Notes: a model not told the origin generated them from the sequence alone. Positions 49,270 through 63,524 are shown, counted from the first letter of the whole stretch. The stretch is 63,878 nucleotides of DNA, filler included, from Octopus bimaculoides (GCF_001194135.2; 5 parts of 5 records of this genome joined end to end with filler, not necessarily neighbours in it); one strand, 5' to 3'. A program made the numbers and translations.

Positions 49270-49690
49270 CTTGTGTAAGTATGGCTTGATTAGAAAAGGA
49301 TATTCGATTCTATTGCTAGCTCAATGCTTCTGAAGTTACTACGGCTGACAAAAGTACTAGCTGCATTAATTACTGTCATTGACAGAGTCACGAAGACTCA
49401 CATTTAAAGCAGCTTCCCATGTAAATATTTCAAAGAAAATATTCTAGTACAACTCTATCTGTACTTCTGTATATATTTTGGAGCGAAATCTAGAGTCATT
49501 TCTTTTATGAAGATCCGCTGTTTATGTCTTACGGTCTACAAAAGTAAAAGACACCTAGGTAACCCATAATTTCTTCGTGGGTGATCTAAAGATCTATGTT
49601 CAAAATACATGTTGAGTAACAGTCGGATTTAATCACATTTTCTGATGATACAGGAATAGAATTTGGTCAGAAGAAATGTTCATAAAGAAA
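49270..49690 (+). mobile_element. Highly degenerate R4/Dong-like RT fragment
   Basis: LD*KRIFDSI, LKLLRLTKV, VTHNFFVGDLKIYVQN and FSDDTGIEFGQKKC correspond to the DY.KAFDS, HxxxxDDLKLY and FSxDIGMxFG motifs. Confidence 0.55.
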
Positions 49691-50275
49691 TCAGTAAACT
49701 ACTGGTTGTCATTTTATCACCCCAAGAGAGAAGATGAAAGATAAATTCAAACTAAATAGAATTCGGAAATAGAACATGAAGAGAAATAATAAGCAACTGT
49801 GTTATACTTTATCTGACAACTCCATTATTCCAAATATTTCTATCGATAATTTGCAAAAATATTAATAAAGAAAATTAAAGAAATCGTTCGGAAATAATAT
49901 ATTAGCTGACGTTAGAAAAGGATATTTGACACAAAATTCGTCGTCATATAATGCAAAGCAAAACTATATTGGCTGCCCAGGGAATTCATTACGCCTATCA
50001 TAATGTAAATACTGATTACGAGAGATATCGAAGGAAAATGTCACCGAAGATGTCACTCCATAGAATTTCATTGTTTCGTTGACAAACATTTACATTCTCT
50101 CAGATTTATGTATGAGAATGGTTGTATGTGTGTGTGTGTGTGTGTGTGTACATACACGCATGCATCATGCATGCATACATACATACATATATATGTATGC
50201 ATGTATGTATATCATATGTATGTAGAAAATTGGACAGATAAGTAGATAGATAGATATAATGGGAGCGCGCGCACG

Positions 50276-50311
<36 letters not shown>

Positions 50312-50420
50312 CATGCATATATATATATATATATATATATATACANNNNNNNNNNNNNNNNNNNNNNNNNNNNNNNNNNNNNNNNNNNNNNNNNNNNNNN
50401 NNNNNNNNTATATATATGCA

Positions 50421-50646
50421 TACAAGGAGATGCTGAAAAGTTCCTAGCTTTGTGTAAAAGAAAATACAAGAGGATCCGTTAATTTTGGTTTTATCCAACA
50501 TATTCTTCTCCCAAATTCACTTACTTTTGCAGCGGTTCTTCATTTTTCTATGCCCTGTAAAACAATTCGGAAGGCTGGACCTCCAACTAGGATCCTCTAA
50601 CCAGGCCGTTCAAGATACCCTTAAAGCAAGGAACTTTTCAGCACTA
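50421..50646. mobile_element. Mariner-derived MITE
   Basis: TIRs TGCTGAAAAGTTCCTAGCTTT (50431-50451) and AAAGCAAGGAACTTTTCAGCA (50623-50643). Confidence 0.8.
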
Positions 50647-50879
50647 AAATGAGCCCTACACTGAACTAAATATCGTGAATAGTATCAGATTAAAGTTGTG
50701 GATATATTTTTATACATTGGGATCTTTGATACTATGCAGTGCCATTCAATTCAGTATTTGGCATAGCTTTCAATTTATAAGTTGGGAGCTAGACCTTCCA
50801 GAATCGGGAGTAGATCTAAAGATCGGGAGTAGATCTAAAGAGACTAAAGTTTCTTTAGTCTCTCTCAATTGTTCATCAT

Positions 50880-52150
50880 TTTAACTGGGTCAATCTTCTT
50901 TGTGTAGTGGTGCTGGATTGCCTCAAGTTCCGATACCTGTTTGACTCTCTTCGTTGTTCACAATTCAATAACCCAGACGACTGAGAACGGACGTTTTTCA
51001 TAAAAGCAGCATGGAGAAAGGCTTTTATATTGTCCCTACTGAATAATATAGGACTTTTGTTGTCTTTGTGAAGACATTTATTCAATAAGGAAAAGTATTG
51101 TTTTGCTACGCCAGTTACACGTTCTTGTTCAACGATGGATTGAACCAAATTATGCCCTCTCGTTGGGGCTGTTTTGTTTTTACCTGTAAAGCGGAAATTT
51201 TTTCTATTGTATTTTTAATGAGGCTACGCATGAGTGCCTAGTTGTATTTGTTCTTGAGTATGTCAAAATTTACTTCATCAGAGAAAAAAAAAGACTTCCT
51301 GTACGTCTACCCATTGCCATGGGTGTTTATTTAATAGCGTTTGATGGATGGTTGCAATCTTAACGCATGTAGACACATTGATTTTAAGGTTATTTATGAT
51401 TCGTAAGAATCTATGTTTAGAGTTATCGTTGTTTCCAGATAGTTGAAGGTCACTAAACTATTCTACTGTTTTTTATGGTTAAAAAATTTTTAAGGTGGCA
51501 ACGATTTTTCCCAAGTGACTAAGTTGTGCATTAACTCCAGCTTTCAGAAAATATTAGGCCATCTCCCTATACAGTTCCATATTAGAATAGTCCATATAGT
51601 CCATATTTATTCTAGTTCTCTAAGGAGAATAGGCCTAAGGCTTCACAGACAACTGTGCTATCATAATTCACTTTGAAAAATTGAACATGTCTTTAAATGT
51701 TTTGACCCAGAATTTCTTGATGTCAAGTAAGATACTATTGTGTCGAGCTCATCTGATATTACAAATTTCTGGATAGATGCGAACTGTAAGGTTTTATGGG
51801 ATAGATCTTTGATGATAGAGGGATAAAAATCTTTGATGTTAAATAGGATATATTTTCACCCTCAATCGGTTTCAGATTCTGTGAGAAAATCTATTTTTAT
51901 GTGGACTGAGTCCAGTATCTTTTATTGGTCAGGTCTAGTTCACTTTTCGCAGGGTTATTTAGCCTGTTTTACGCTATTAAAGTTATAATTGTGGTAGTTG
52001 AGTGTTATGTATACACTTTTCGTTCCGCTGTCTTTGGCCCTATTGTGCATACAGCGTTGGTTGCTATTTGTTTTACCGTTGTATATGCCATTGTGATAGT
52101 TTTTATAGATTTGCATTACGTTGTCAAGTAGTAAGTTATTATAGTGTTTT
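50880..52150 (-). mobile_element. Penelope-like element RT region (degenerate)
   Basis: Minus-strand pieces IKDFYPSI, VVCEALGLF, LYR.DGL, GIIWFNPS and YFSLLNKCLHKDNKSPILFSRDNIK match PLE RT and C-terminal motifs. Confidence 0.75.
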
Positions 52151-52425
52151 TATCCCCCCCCCCCGCATAAATAGTTTCTTTTGTCCCCAAATACGATGTT
52201 CTTGGAGAAGTTTATTGTGTTTATATCCTTTTCCGAGCTCTTGATGGAATTTGCCAATTGTAGTTCCAGATTTTAACGATGTTATTATGTTTAATGTATC
52301 ATGTACAAATACGTTTAAGCGTATATGGACAATGGACATTTCCTAGTTTTAAAAACTATTGTTTACGTTAGTTTCTGTTCTTAGAAACGCTTTAGTAGTC
52401 GTGAAAGCAGGATTTTCACCTCCAC

Positions 52426-52526
<101 letters not shown>

Positions 52527-52584
52527 GTTGATGCTAACTGGAGCAGAGAATGAATTTCAAGATAATTCTATCTGCCTTTACAAC

Positions 52585-52720
52585 GAAGGGAGACTTTCAG
52601 CATATGGTCGTCCGATCTGATAGAAATAGTAGCGAAATATGCCTCCAACCACACGCTGACAGCTTCATATATACAAGGACGTAGTGAATCATCTACACTA
52701 TATATCAACAAAAGAAGAAA
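52585..52720 (-). repeat. Dispersed repeat family F (other copies ~32780-32850, 55105-55190, 61545-61615, 61825-61870, all +)
   Basis: Shared core GTGTGATTTGAG..CTATTTCTA..CGACCACGT(A/G)GA in diverged forms. Confidence 0.55.
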
Positions 52721-53370
52721 AGTAAACGGCTGTAACAACTTAGGTCTACTCGATTAAGGAGTTAAACAATAACAGTATCAATAAGCCAAATACATTTCGT
52801 ATTTACTTGAATATAAATTGAAATTACTGATACAATCACATTTATATAATATAGAACATATAATTTAAATAAACTTATAATACCATCAACAACAGCACCA
52901 AGTCACTAGCCTCTAATTTAAAAATACAAAGTAGAGTGGAACACCTAGTCATACTTCAAAGGACCACAAGAATAACATTTTTTCAAACCCAAAATGTCCA
53001 CTAATAATCCGTGTGAAAACTGAACTGAGCATAATTAGCAAACACATTCTCGGCTCAATAAATTTCAAGATTAGAAGTGCTACGAAATAACCGCAGTGGA
53101 ACAACAGCAGCGCAGCAATTAAGTGGTTCAATGGCATAGAAAATAAAGCGGTCTTTATGCTGATTTATCCACTTCAATAAAATGGAATTTTCCCATTAAT
53201 TTTAAATTCTATTCTCCAGAAAGCCTTAGAATTTAGTAGGACAATTACGATTATTAATGACACAAATACCAGCATAATAACGAATATGGCGTTAAAAGTA
53301 TTATCACTAATTTCACTACTGTTTCTTTTGGCGTTTGAATAACACATACACACTCCCCTTCTCAATCTTG

Positions 53371-53447
<77 letters not shown>

Positions 53448-55609
53448 AATGCATACATACGTACACACATATGCACACACACATACATACATATATATAC
53501 ATACACATACACATACACATATGATAAGGAGAAAGAAGCATGAAATTAGTACAGTTTTAATCTTCATTACAATTGTTTCTGTACTCTTCCGTTTCTAATT
53601 ACATTGCATGTGTATGATCTCGTGTAAAAGATTACGTAATCTGTGGTTGAATAGGCTTGAGTGGCACTTCATCAGACAAGCATTGAGCCGTGCCTTTTTG
53701 CATGGTGCCTGGTACGAAATTCACTCTTCTCTTCTGCCTTACTATATATGTTACTTTTCGAAAGACTTACACATTAGTTCTACCACTGAAATACCCGGAT
53801 TTCCTACACCAGTAAACTTGTAATTCCTCTAAATTTCAGTATTAGATTGTGTCTAGCCAGAAGTTCGCTTCGGTAGGTGCATTTAGAATAAACCGCTTTT
53901 TAAACCCAATCAAACCTACACTGTGTGTGTGTGTGTTTGTATGTATCTGTCTGTGTATGTATATGTGTGTCTGTGCGCGCGCGTGTATGTGTGTGTATGT
54001 GTACGCATGTATATAAAACACATGTGCCAACTAGAAACAACCAAACTTCACGATTTTTACTCTTTATAAATTTGATGATAATACAATTAAGAGACAATGT
54101 TTCAATAAAAATATCTCCTTCATAATAAAATACCAACTATATTTAAATTCCTCCGGCTGAGAAAGGGGACAATCAACACTAACACTGCTGTGGCCCTTAC
54201 TAAATCACTACAATGGCTGCTACTAATTAGATAGTTTACTGCTATAAGACACTGGAAACCCTAGCTGTTGCTGTTGCTGTCCCTACACCTGCTACTACTA
54301 CTAACATCCCTACCTGCTATTACTTTCACTGGTTGGCCACCACTGCCGTCCACTCTCAACTAGCAACAATTAGAATGAAACGAAATACAGCACTATGTGG
54401 TCGTAATAAGCAAAACTTGTAAACTTTCTGTCCTGTTATTATGAAAGATTAATTTGTTTTATTTCAACTTTTTTTAAATTTCAGCATGATTAAATCATCT
54501 GAAAGTGATAGAAGCTGGTAGCTGCTTATTTGAAAATATATTACTGTCTTTCTTTTTACCATGTTAAGTTCCTCAAAGCATTTTATTATTTTTCAGTGAA
54601 TATATGTGTGTGTGTGTGTGTGTACAGACATACATGTGTATGTGTGTGTGTTTGTGTGTGTACGTAAATTATATAATTAGATTCGATATTTTTACAGTTC
54701 TGTCAATCCATTGTCTAAACTGGTATTATTTTTTATAGCCCCCAACGGAATGAAATGCAAGATTCATCTCAGCGTTATTTGAACTCAGTGTACAGATAGT
54801 TTGAATAAACACTGTTCGGTACTCTACCCGATGCTCTGATGACTTTGTTACATTAATTGACAAACAATTAATTAGCACACGGCTGATGAAGAAACTCTAA
54901 TCTGTTGTAGAATGACTGATTAATGACATAACTAAGCATTTATCAAGCGTAAGTTTTACAATGGTTAGATATTAGGAATTAGTAATTCGGTAATCGCTTC
55001 TATAGAGTGTCTAAATGCCTCTGGTGAGATAAAGAGATTATCGTTGAATTAAAATTTCATACGGTATAATTAGGAACTCATAAACCAAATATGTCCTTCG
55101 TTTTATTGAGAGGGTAACAGTGTGATTTGAGAGTATTTAGTTTCATTTTGGCCGAGCTACCGTGTAGAGGCCCTAGTCTCAAGGATTACTTAGAACTATC
55201 CGAAAAAACACCTACAAGAAAATGGAATGGACTGTGTCAGTTCCCTGACAGTGAGGCATTCACTACCATGAAGTTCTGAAATAGTCAAACCTAGTGTTTC
55301 TCACGGTAAAGGTGGTTGTAAAGGTTGAAGTGGGGCGGATAAATTCCATTATTCAAAATTTTAGAAATTTGTCCTCCAACATGACAAAGAAAAAAAGATT
55401 GATATAACTGCAAAATCTGTTTAGGCGGGAGTAGCAAAACATTTCACTAAAGTTTTTCAGGTTGGGTTCCTCATATTTGTGTACTTGAGAACTAATGGTC
55501 TCGGTTATGGCTATATGAAAAATATCGAACATTCAAACGATGATAGGTTGTTCTGAAGTGGAGTAGAAGACGGGAATAATGTTGGTTTACCAACGTGTGT
55601 ACAGCAGAA

Positions 55610-55765
55610 AAAAAGTGGTGAGTTACTTAGCCGCATTATTTCCTGAATTTTACGTTCTGAGTTCAAATCCCGCCGAGGTCAACTCTGCCTTTCATCCATT
55701 TGGGATCGATAAAATAATGTACAAATCAAGTAATGAGTTTTATGCCGCCTCTCAAAATTTCTGGC
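55610..55765 (+). mobile_element. SINE family A
   Basis: GTTCTGAGTTCAAATCCCGCCGAGGTCAACTCTGCCTTTCATCCATTTGGGATCGATAAAATAA. Confidence 0.85.
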
Positions 55766-56286
55766 TTGTAACGGACCAGCGTCCCGTTTAGAGGGATTGT
55801 TGTAGTTTTGGTCTCTTCCATTACCCATGGGCCCAGTGAGTCCTTAGGTTCGAGGAAAACAGATACGACTGAACAGACACACATTGTTACATGCAGCCTT
55901 ATACCAATACACAAGATGTGTCAAATATAAATAAAAGAAGCAAGAAAATGCGCATTCAGGAATCATAATATTTTTAATTAACTGAACTGGAAAATTTCAC
56001 AAGTAATGGAAATTTAATAATATTGCAGCTGGAGTTTGGATTGAAAGAAAAAAATGACATATTAAATTTAATTGAAACGTAAAAATATATCCACCTTTTT
56101 AGATTCAACGTCACTTTAGGAAGAAAATTCGATATGGAACTTCTTGTATCTACTCCCTGTGGTGAATTTATTAAATTCACATATTCAGGAGTGGCGTACT
56201 TTTTTCAATCACATACATGCCTACGTTTTTATTCACATATTACGTGTGTGTAGGCATTGTCTACACATGTGGCTGATAACAAGAAT

Positions 56287-56320
<34 letters not shown>

Positions 56321-57319
56321 TACGTTTGTTGATACTTCTAATGATCTGCTGATAACTGACTTCTGAAGGCTAGACCATGAAAAAGGTGTTGACGTTTAAT
56401 TGAAAGAATGATGAATCTAGCTTCAAAATATTTAAAGCCATACACCCTAAAAAGCTAATTTTTCATTTCGTTCTTCCTTACTTGCGAACAAATATCAAGG
56501 GACTGTTATGGAAATTTAGAGTATTGTTGCTTGGATGTCTGACGATATTTTTTTAATGAAAATCTTCCCTTTGATGCTGCTCTTCGAATTTATTAAATTT
56601 GTATTGGAGAGATGGTACTTTTAATGTTTTTCTTTTAGCAAATTAAACTACACTTATGGGAAGAAAAATAACATTCCGCATTTTCATTTTTCCTCCTCCC
56701 CTCCTCCTCTTCCTGCCACTTTTCTCCCTTCACCTTTTCCCTTCCTTCTTCCGTTTTTCTCTTTCTGTCATTTTTCTCCTCCTCTTATGCTTCGTCTCCG
56801 TTCCCTCCTTTTTCATCCCTCTTTTACTTCCTACTCCGCTACTCCTTCCTCCTCCCCTCATCCCATTCAAACTCGGGCAGACGATAAAACATCAAAAATA
56901 CATTGGCATTTAAAATACTTGTAAATGGTTATGGCGTTCACCATTATCCATTAGTGGGTGTCAATTAGAGGATTAGTTGTACATATGTCAATGTCTGTTA
57001 CTAATCCTTCAGTTATCGTTAAGAGGATGAAAGAAAAAAATCTTTTTTTCTTTGTCACTCGAGTAAGACTGTATTTTAACACAGATCTATCATTTCAAAT
57101 CAAATGGTTACGCATTTTCTACATAGACAATGTGAAAGAATTCAAAGCATGTCGCTTGCCTAATGACACAATGAACAATCTGTGAGCGTAATTTCAGTTC
57201 AAGACCTACATGTTAATATTTATTTCCCGCGGCTGTGTCCGCTATTGATGTGAAATGTCTGTGCTTTAGTTTAATCATGTTATTGTAATCTTTACATTTT
57301 TGCCTTTTCAGTTCATGGA

Positions 57320-57630
57320 TCACAGCCCAAAACTTCATTTGTCAAAACACTCTATTGTACCAGACTGATATTTAGAGGTCCTCAACTGTTCAACTACTTA
57401 CCTAAAGAAATCAGACATATCGAAAGAACATCTATTGAAGCATTCATAAAAACATTGGATAAACCCCTGAGGATTGTACTTGACCAGCTAAGCATTCAAG
57501 GATACATTCAAGAAAGATCAACTGCTACAATCTCAATCATAGACCAACTTCCTGCCATGAAGCGACAACAAAACTGATAGAAAATATGTTAAGGGGTGCT
57601 TAACTGAAACCGTTAAAAGAATAAAAGAAA
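57320..57630 (+). mobile_element. 3' end of a second CR1/L2-like LINE
   Basis: TLYCTRLIFRGPQLFNYLPKEIR..SIEAFIKTLDK..STATISIIDQL..*, then ACTGAAACCGTTAAAAGAATAAAAG tail. Confidence 0.8.
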
Positions 57631-58038
57631 ACGAAATTCAGCTTTGGTCCAGTTCGTCTTAGTTTCTTAGTAATAACGCCCTCTTAATTCAAAACTGCCA
57701 CAAAAAACAAAAACAAAAGAAAAATCATCGTACGGCTATATTGTACATTTCCTGAGTCTTTATTAGATCTGTGTGCACTGTAGTTTCTGTGTTTTGTGTA
57801 CCTCATACTTCTAGATGCCAAAGGGCTAAAGAAAAAATAGTTTTATCAAATATTCTCATCGAAGTAATTGTATCTGCTAATAAAAGCAAATGGCATTACG
57901 ATTTAACTGATGAAGCCTTTCCTTTAATTGGCTAGCACACATTATAAAGGTTTTATACGTCACGTTTTAGTCTCTTGTTATCTCAAGCATTAACTAACGG
58001 TAAACCGAAGACTCATATCTACCTGTCTGTTCTTTATT

Positions 58039-58131
<93 letters not shown>

Positions 58132-58278
58132 NNNNNNNNNNNNNNNNNNNNNNNNNNNNNNNNNNNNNNNNNNNNTTAATTAATTAANNNNNNNNNNNNN
58201 NNNNNNNNNNNNNNNNNNNNNNNNNNNNNNNATATATATATATATACATACACATATACATACATACATACATACTAC

Positions 58279-58328
<50 letters not shown>

Positions 58329-58865
58329 ATACATATATATACATATCTGTATATCTGTTACTTATTTTATACTTCACTTCTTCGTGTTTTATTTATACGA
58401 TTTTCTAACCATATAATACTGTTTATATTGCATATATTTCTTTTGTTTTCCTATTTAACAGCATACAATATTTCCTAGTTATTCTGGGCACCTTCTCTGT
58501 TATATTTCTAGTTTTTCATACCTTTCGTAGATGCCTTTCCGCATCCTTTCCTTTCATTTATTATTTATCTATTTTTTGCATAGTATTTTTTATTGCTTAC
58601 TGGTTGTTATGACATTTTGTTTTTGGAAACTTATATGTTTATTATTTATATATTATGTTAATCATATATTCTTATTACGACATATGCACAAGTGTATATA
58701 AGATTTTCTGCTTGTTTGTCTTAGCTTTATATGTAATTGTCTTTCCTTTTCATCCATTTTGACACAGCATGCTATTTGTGCTTTCGTGTCTTCCATATAT
58801 AATTTTATATCTCTCTTCATACGTTGAAACATGGACACGAATATTTTCATGAATGTGTGTATGCA

Positions 58866-58922
<57 letters not shown>

Positions 58923-59814
58923 NNNNNNNNNNNNNNNNNNNNNNNNNNNNNNNNNNNNNNNNNNNNNNNNNNNNNNNNNNNNNNNNNNNNNNNNNNNNNN
59001 NNNNNNNNNNNNNNNNNNNNNNNNNNNNNNNNNNNNNNNNNNNNNNNNNNNNNNNNNNNNNNNNNNNNNNNNNNNNNNNNNNNNNNNNNNNNNNNNNNNN
59101 NNNNNNNNNNNNNNNNNNNNNNNNNNNNNNNNNNNNNNNNNNNNNNNNNNNNNNNNNNNNNNNNNNNNNNNNNNNNNNNNNNNNNNNNNNNNNNNNNNNN
59201 NNNNNNNNNNNNNNNNNNNNNNNNNNNNNNNNNNNNNNNNNNNNNNNNNNNNNNNNNNNNNNNNNNNNNNNNNNNNNNNNNNNNNNNNNNNNNNNNNNNN
59301 NNNNNNNNNNNNNNNNNNNNNNNNNNNNNNNNNNNNNNNNNNNNNNNNNNNNNNNNNNNNNNNNNNNNNNNNNNNNNNNNNNNNNNNNNNNNNNNNNNNN
59401 NNNNNNNNNNNNNNNNNNNNNNNNNNNNNNNNNNNNNNNNNNNNNNNNNNNNNNNNNNNNNNNNNNNNNNNNNNNNNNNNNNNNNNNNNNNNNNNNNNNN
59501 NNNNNNNNNNNNNNNNNNNNNNNNNNNNNNNNNNNNNNNNNNNNNNNNNNNNNNNNNNNNNNNNNNNNNNNNNNNNNNNNNNNNNNNNNNNNNNNNNNNN
59601 NNNNNNNNNNNNNNNNNNNNNNNNNNNNNNNNNNNNNNNNNNNNNNNNNNNNNNNNNNNNNNNNNNNNNNNNNNNNNNNNNNNNNNNNNNNNNNNNNNNN
59701 NNNNNNNNNNNNNNNNNNNNNNNNNNNNNNNNNNNNNNNNNNNNNNNNNNNNNNNNNNNNNNNNNNNNNNNNNNNNNNNNNNNNNNNNNNNNCATATATA
59801 TATATATATATATA

Positions 59815-59858
<44 letters not shown>

Positions 59859-60097
59859 TGTGTGTTCAAATCATGCGTATATACACATATGCACACACGC
59901 ATATACAAGTTTAGAATCTGGTAGATTGAGAGTCATCCCCAAGCTTCCGAGATATCCACTGGAACGTTCACACATCTATAATGTAATAATCCAGATAAAC
60001 AGCGGCGAATGTAACATACCATCTCGCATAAAAACAATTACACATACACACGCACACACACAAATACACACACGCACACACGCACTCACACACATGA

Positions 60098-60180
60098 TAA
60101 AAGTTCCAATGAAGGAGCTTTGAATCTATGTTAGAGTCCGGCTCTTTCTCTATGGACAAGAAATACAGAAATGAAACTGA
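60098..60180 (+). repeat. Dispersed repeat family E, partial
   Basis: TTCCAATGAAGGAGCTTTGAATCTATGTTAGAGTCCGGCTCTTTCTCTATGGACAAGAAAT. Confidence 0.75.
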
Positions 60181-60619
60181 TTGATATACATATATCACGT
60201 GCTCACATTGACCAGACTTTTCAATGTCTTTATACATCGCTGGTCACAATGCACATTGCATCATTTCAGCTTTTGATTGATACTAGATGAGCAGGTCAAC
60301 ATGCCCCCTGATCAGGAAGCTAGTCAGGGTTACATATATGTGTATATATATATATATATGTATATGTGCGTGTGTGTGTGTATGAGTGTGTGCGTGTGTG
60401 TGTGTGCGTGTGTGTGTGTATGAGTGTGTGCGTGTGTGTGTGTGCGTGTGTGTATACATGCATACTGTTCGAATTGATTAGGACTTCATGAGACACTACC
60501 TGAATAAGTCGTTGGGAGAATTTTGAAGCGAACATTGCAAGAAATTTGACTCTACTTTCAGTTTTGAGTTACGTCATCAGATTTTTCTCTATTATCAAAC
60601 TAACTTTCAAATTAGCATT

Positions 60620-60740
60620 TTTACCAGCTGTGTGGGCTGGAACAACGTGAAAAGGGTTTTGCTCAAGAACCCAACACGTCCACCGCTCCAGGAATCGAAC
60701 CCCCAATCTTACAGTGATGAGTCCAACGCCCTAACCACCA
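60620..60740 (-). mobile_element. SINE family D head
   Basis: Reverse complement TGGTGGTTAGGGCGTTGGACTCATCACTGTAAGATTGGGGGTTCGATTCCTGG..TTCTTGAGCAAAACC..CACGTTGTTCCAGCCCACACAGCTGG. Confidence 0.75.
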
Positions 60741-61275
60741 TATATGTATATTCTTACGTTTCGTTACCTTCTGACTTTAAAATATTCATATTTCAAAATA
60801 CGATTACAGAAATTGAAGTTTAACTTGAAGAATACTGTATAGATTTAAAAAAATAAATAAATAAAGATAATTGTTTCGAAATTTCCCTTTTAGTTGGAGA
60901 AATACCAAACAATAAAAGAAAGAAAATCTGACAACAAATGTTTCTCATCTCAACGAAAAGAAGCAGTTAATCTTTAGATGTTTGGCAATAATCTATGTAA
61001 GATAATTGATTGATATGATTAAGGGAAAAGAATTATAAGATTTGTTTTGCAATCAAGAGAAAACTACGAAGAGATTTCGATCTATTTGGTCTCATCGGCT
61101 TCTCGTAGACTAATCAATTCTGTCTGATCAAATGACAGATTTTTACATATCGCAAAACTATTTCAATATGTACCAGGCGTTTATCAGAATTGATTGGATC
61201 AATTATTCCCCACCCAACCATTACGACATTATGTAGTGTTGTACCGAAGTTGGAAACCAACATTTCTGGTTACCA

Positions 61276-61490
61276 AGGCGGTGACGCTGGCAGAGACGTT
61301 AGCACGCCGGACAAAATACTTAGCGGCATTTCGTCCGTCTACACGTTCTAAGTTTAAATTTCACCGCGGTCGACTTTGCCTTTTATCCTTTCGGAGTCGA
61401 TAAAATAAGTACCAGTTGAACACCAGGGATCGATGTAATCGACTTAGTTCCATCTTCAAACCTACTGGCCCTTCTGCCAAAATTTGTAAC
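61276..61490 (+). mobile_element. SINE family A
   Basis: GGCGGTGACGCTGGCAGAGACGTTAGCACGCCGG..GTCGACTTTGCCTTTTATCCTTTCGGAGTCGATAAAATAAGTACCAG. Confidence 0.9.
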
Positions 61491-61737
61491 CAAAATCTCA
61501 GGTTACTGGTACGTACTGAGTCAAGAAAACAATGAATGTGATGGTGAGGGCGACTTGGCTGGTATTTCTATTTGGTTGAGTGACCACGTAGAAGACCTCT
61601 CACTAGTTCATTGTAACACTGCTGTTATAGTTTAACGGGTACAAGTAATTGAAAAATTGCTCAATACTTTTTTAGTAGAATACATGTTATTTAACGTTTA
61701 CAAGAAGCGTACTGACAGTAACTTCAAAGTTTAATAA

Positions 61738-61798
<61 letters not shown>

Positions 61799-61885
61799 TA
61801 TATGATATATATCTGGTGGAAACATGGTAGGGTATGATTTGAGGAAGGTACAACTACGACCACGTGGAAGATGCTTTGTTAACTT

Positions 61886-62117
61886 ATTTCTTTATTGCCC
61901 ACAAGGGGCAAAACATAGAGAGGACAAACAAGGACAGACAAAGGGGTTAAGTCGATTACATCGACCCCAGTGCGTAACTGGTACTTAATTTATCGACCCC
62001 GAAAGGATGAAAGGCAAAGTCGATCTCGGCGGAATTTGAATTCAGAACGTAACGGCGGACGAAATACCGCTAAGCATTTCGCCCGGCGTGCTAACATTTC
62101 TGCCAGCTCGCTACCTT
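61886..62117 (-). mobile_element. SINE family A, young full-length copy with 15-bp TSD
   Basis: TSD ATGCTTTGTTAACTT at 61871-61885 and 62118-62132. Confidence 0.95.
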
Positions 62118-62843
62118 ATGCTTTGTTAACTTGTGTTGCTATTGCTATTGTCGGTGGAGATGTAGTCAAGTCTGACAACAACAAGAAGAAACAACAGCAA
62201 GCAAATAATGAACAGCTGGCTATTTCAATTGTCTCCCTTTTATAAATGCGAATGAGGCCTTGTGTTAGAGTGTTCACTAATCAATATTTCTGTTTATCGT
62301 TGATTTTATTTATAAGAAATACTAAGACTCGTGCACGGCGACGGCAGTGGGTGGACGGGGTGGTTAGACGTTCAGCTATTGGACAGATAACTCTCGCTCT
62401 CTACACGGTTTGTTAATCCACCAAACAACTGGTCTCGTAGATAAGACGTCGAAAGGCGTGTATATGTGCATGTACATGTGTGTGCTGATGTGCGCAATTG
62501 TGTGAATATATGCATGTGCAAGTGAGTGAATTCTGTGTGTGTGTGTATGTGTGTGTGTGTGTGTGTGTATGTGTGTGTGTGTGCGTCTGTGCGTGTGTGT
62601 GTGTCTGAAGCCGTGTTTGAATGAGTATCAATCAGGAAATGTGTGCCTAACTGCGTCTGAGAAGCAAAAGACGTGAAGTGTGGTTGTTTCTCTCAAAATT
62701 CGAATGTGTTTATTACTAACGAATATAATGGCGAACATGTATANNNNNNNNNNNNNNNNNNNNNNNNNNNNNNNNNNNNNNNNNNNNTTAATTAATTAAN
62801 NNNNNNNNNNNNNNNNNNNNNNNNNNNNNNNNNNNNNNNNNNN

Positions 62844-62936
62844 CTCAGCCACTTGCACGTTAATTTCACGAGCAGGCTGCTCCGTTGATCGGATCAACTG
62901 GAACCCTCAACGTAGTAAGCGACGGAGTGCCAAAAA
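62844..62936 (+). mobile_element. 3' tail of SINE family C/D (emerges from gap)
   Basis: CTCAGCCACTTGCACGTTAATTTCACGAGCAGGCTGCTCCGTTGATCGGATCAACTGGAACCCTC. Confidence 0.85.
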
Positions 62937-63110
62937 CAAGAAATATATATATATATATGTGTGTGAGTGTGTGTGTGCGTGTGTGTGTGCGTGTGTGTGT
63001 GTGTGTGTGTATACATATATATATGTGTCTGTGTATACACACATACGTACAAATATATATACCTATACATACACACACGTGCTAGCGCGCGTGTATCTTT
63101 GCGTGCGTGT

Positions 63111-63150
<40 letters not shown>

Positions 63151-63524
63151 ATGTTTATGTATTTATATATGCTTATGTGCGTACATAAAAAAACATATGA
63201 ATAAATGTGTGCGGGTTTTTGTGATTATGTATGTGCATTTCTTTGTGTCTGCCTCTGTGTGCATTGCACAACCGATAGGCCATCGGCATATTACGTTTAG
63301 AATCTTCACGATTTAAGTTCAAACTTTCTTCAAGTGTGCTTAGTGTTTCATGTGCCCTAGTGTCCGAGAAAATAATTCTTTGCAACCCTGAAATCACTCG
63401 GTTGAAATTTGCAAAGGAATAAATAAAGAATGGGTATTTGTTAGGATAAATGCATTAATATATACACATACATAGGCGTTGTTGGAATATAGGAAGGTCT
63501 TCTTCCAGTTGCCGTCTACCAAAG

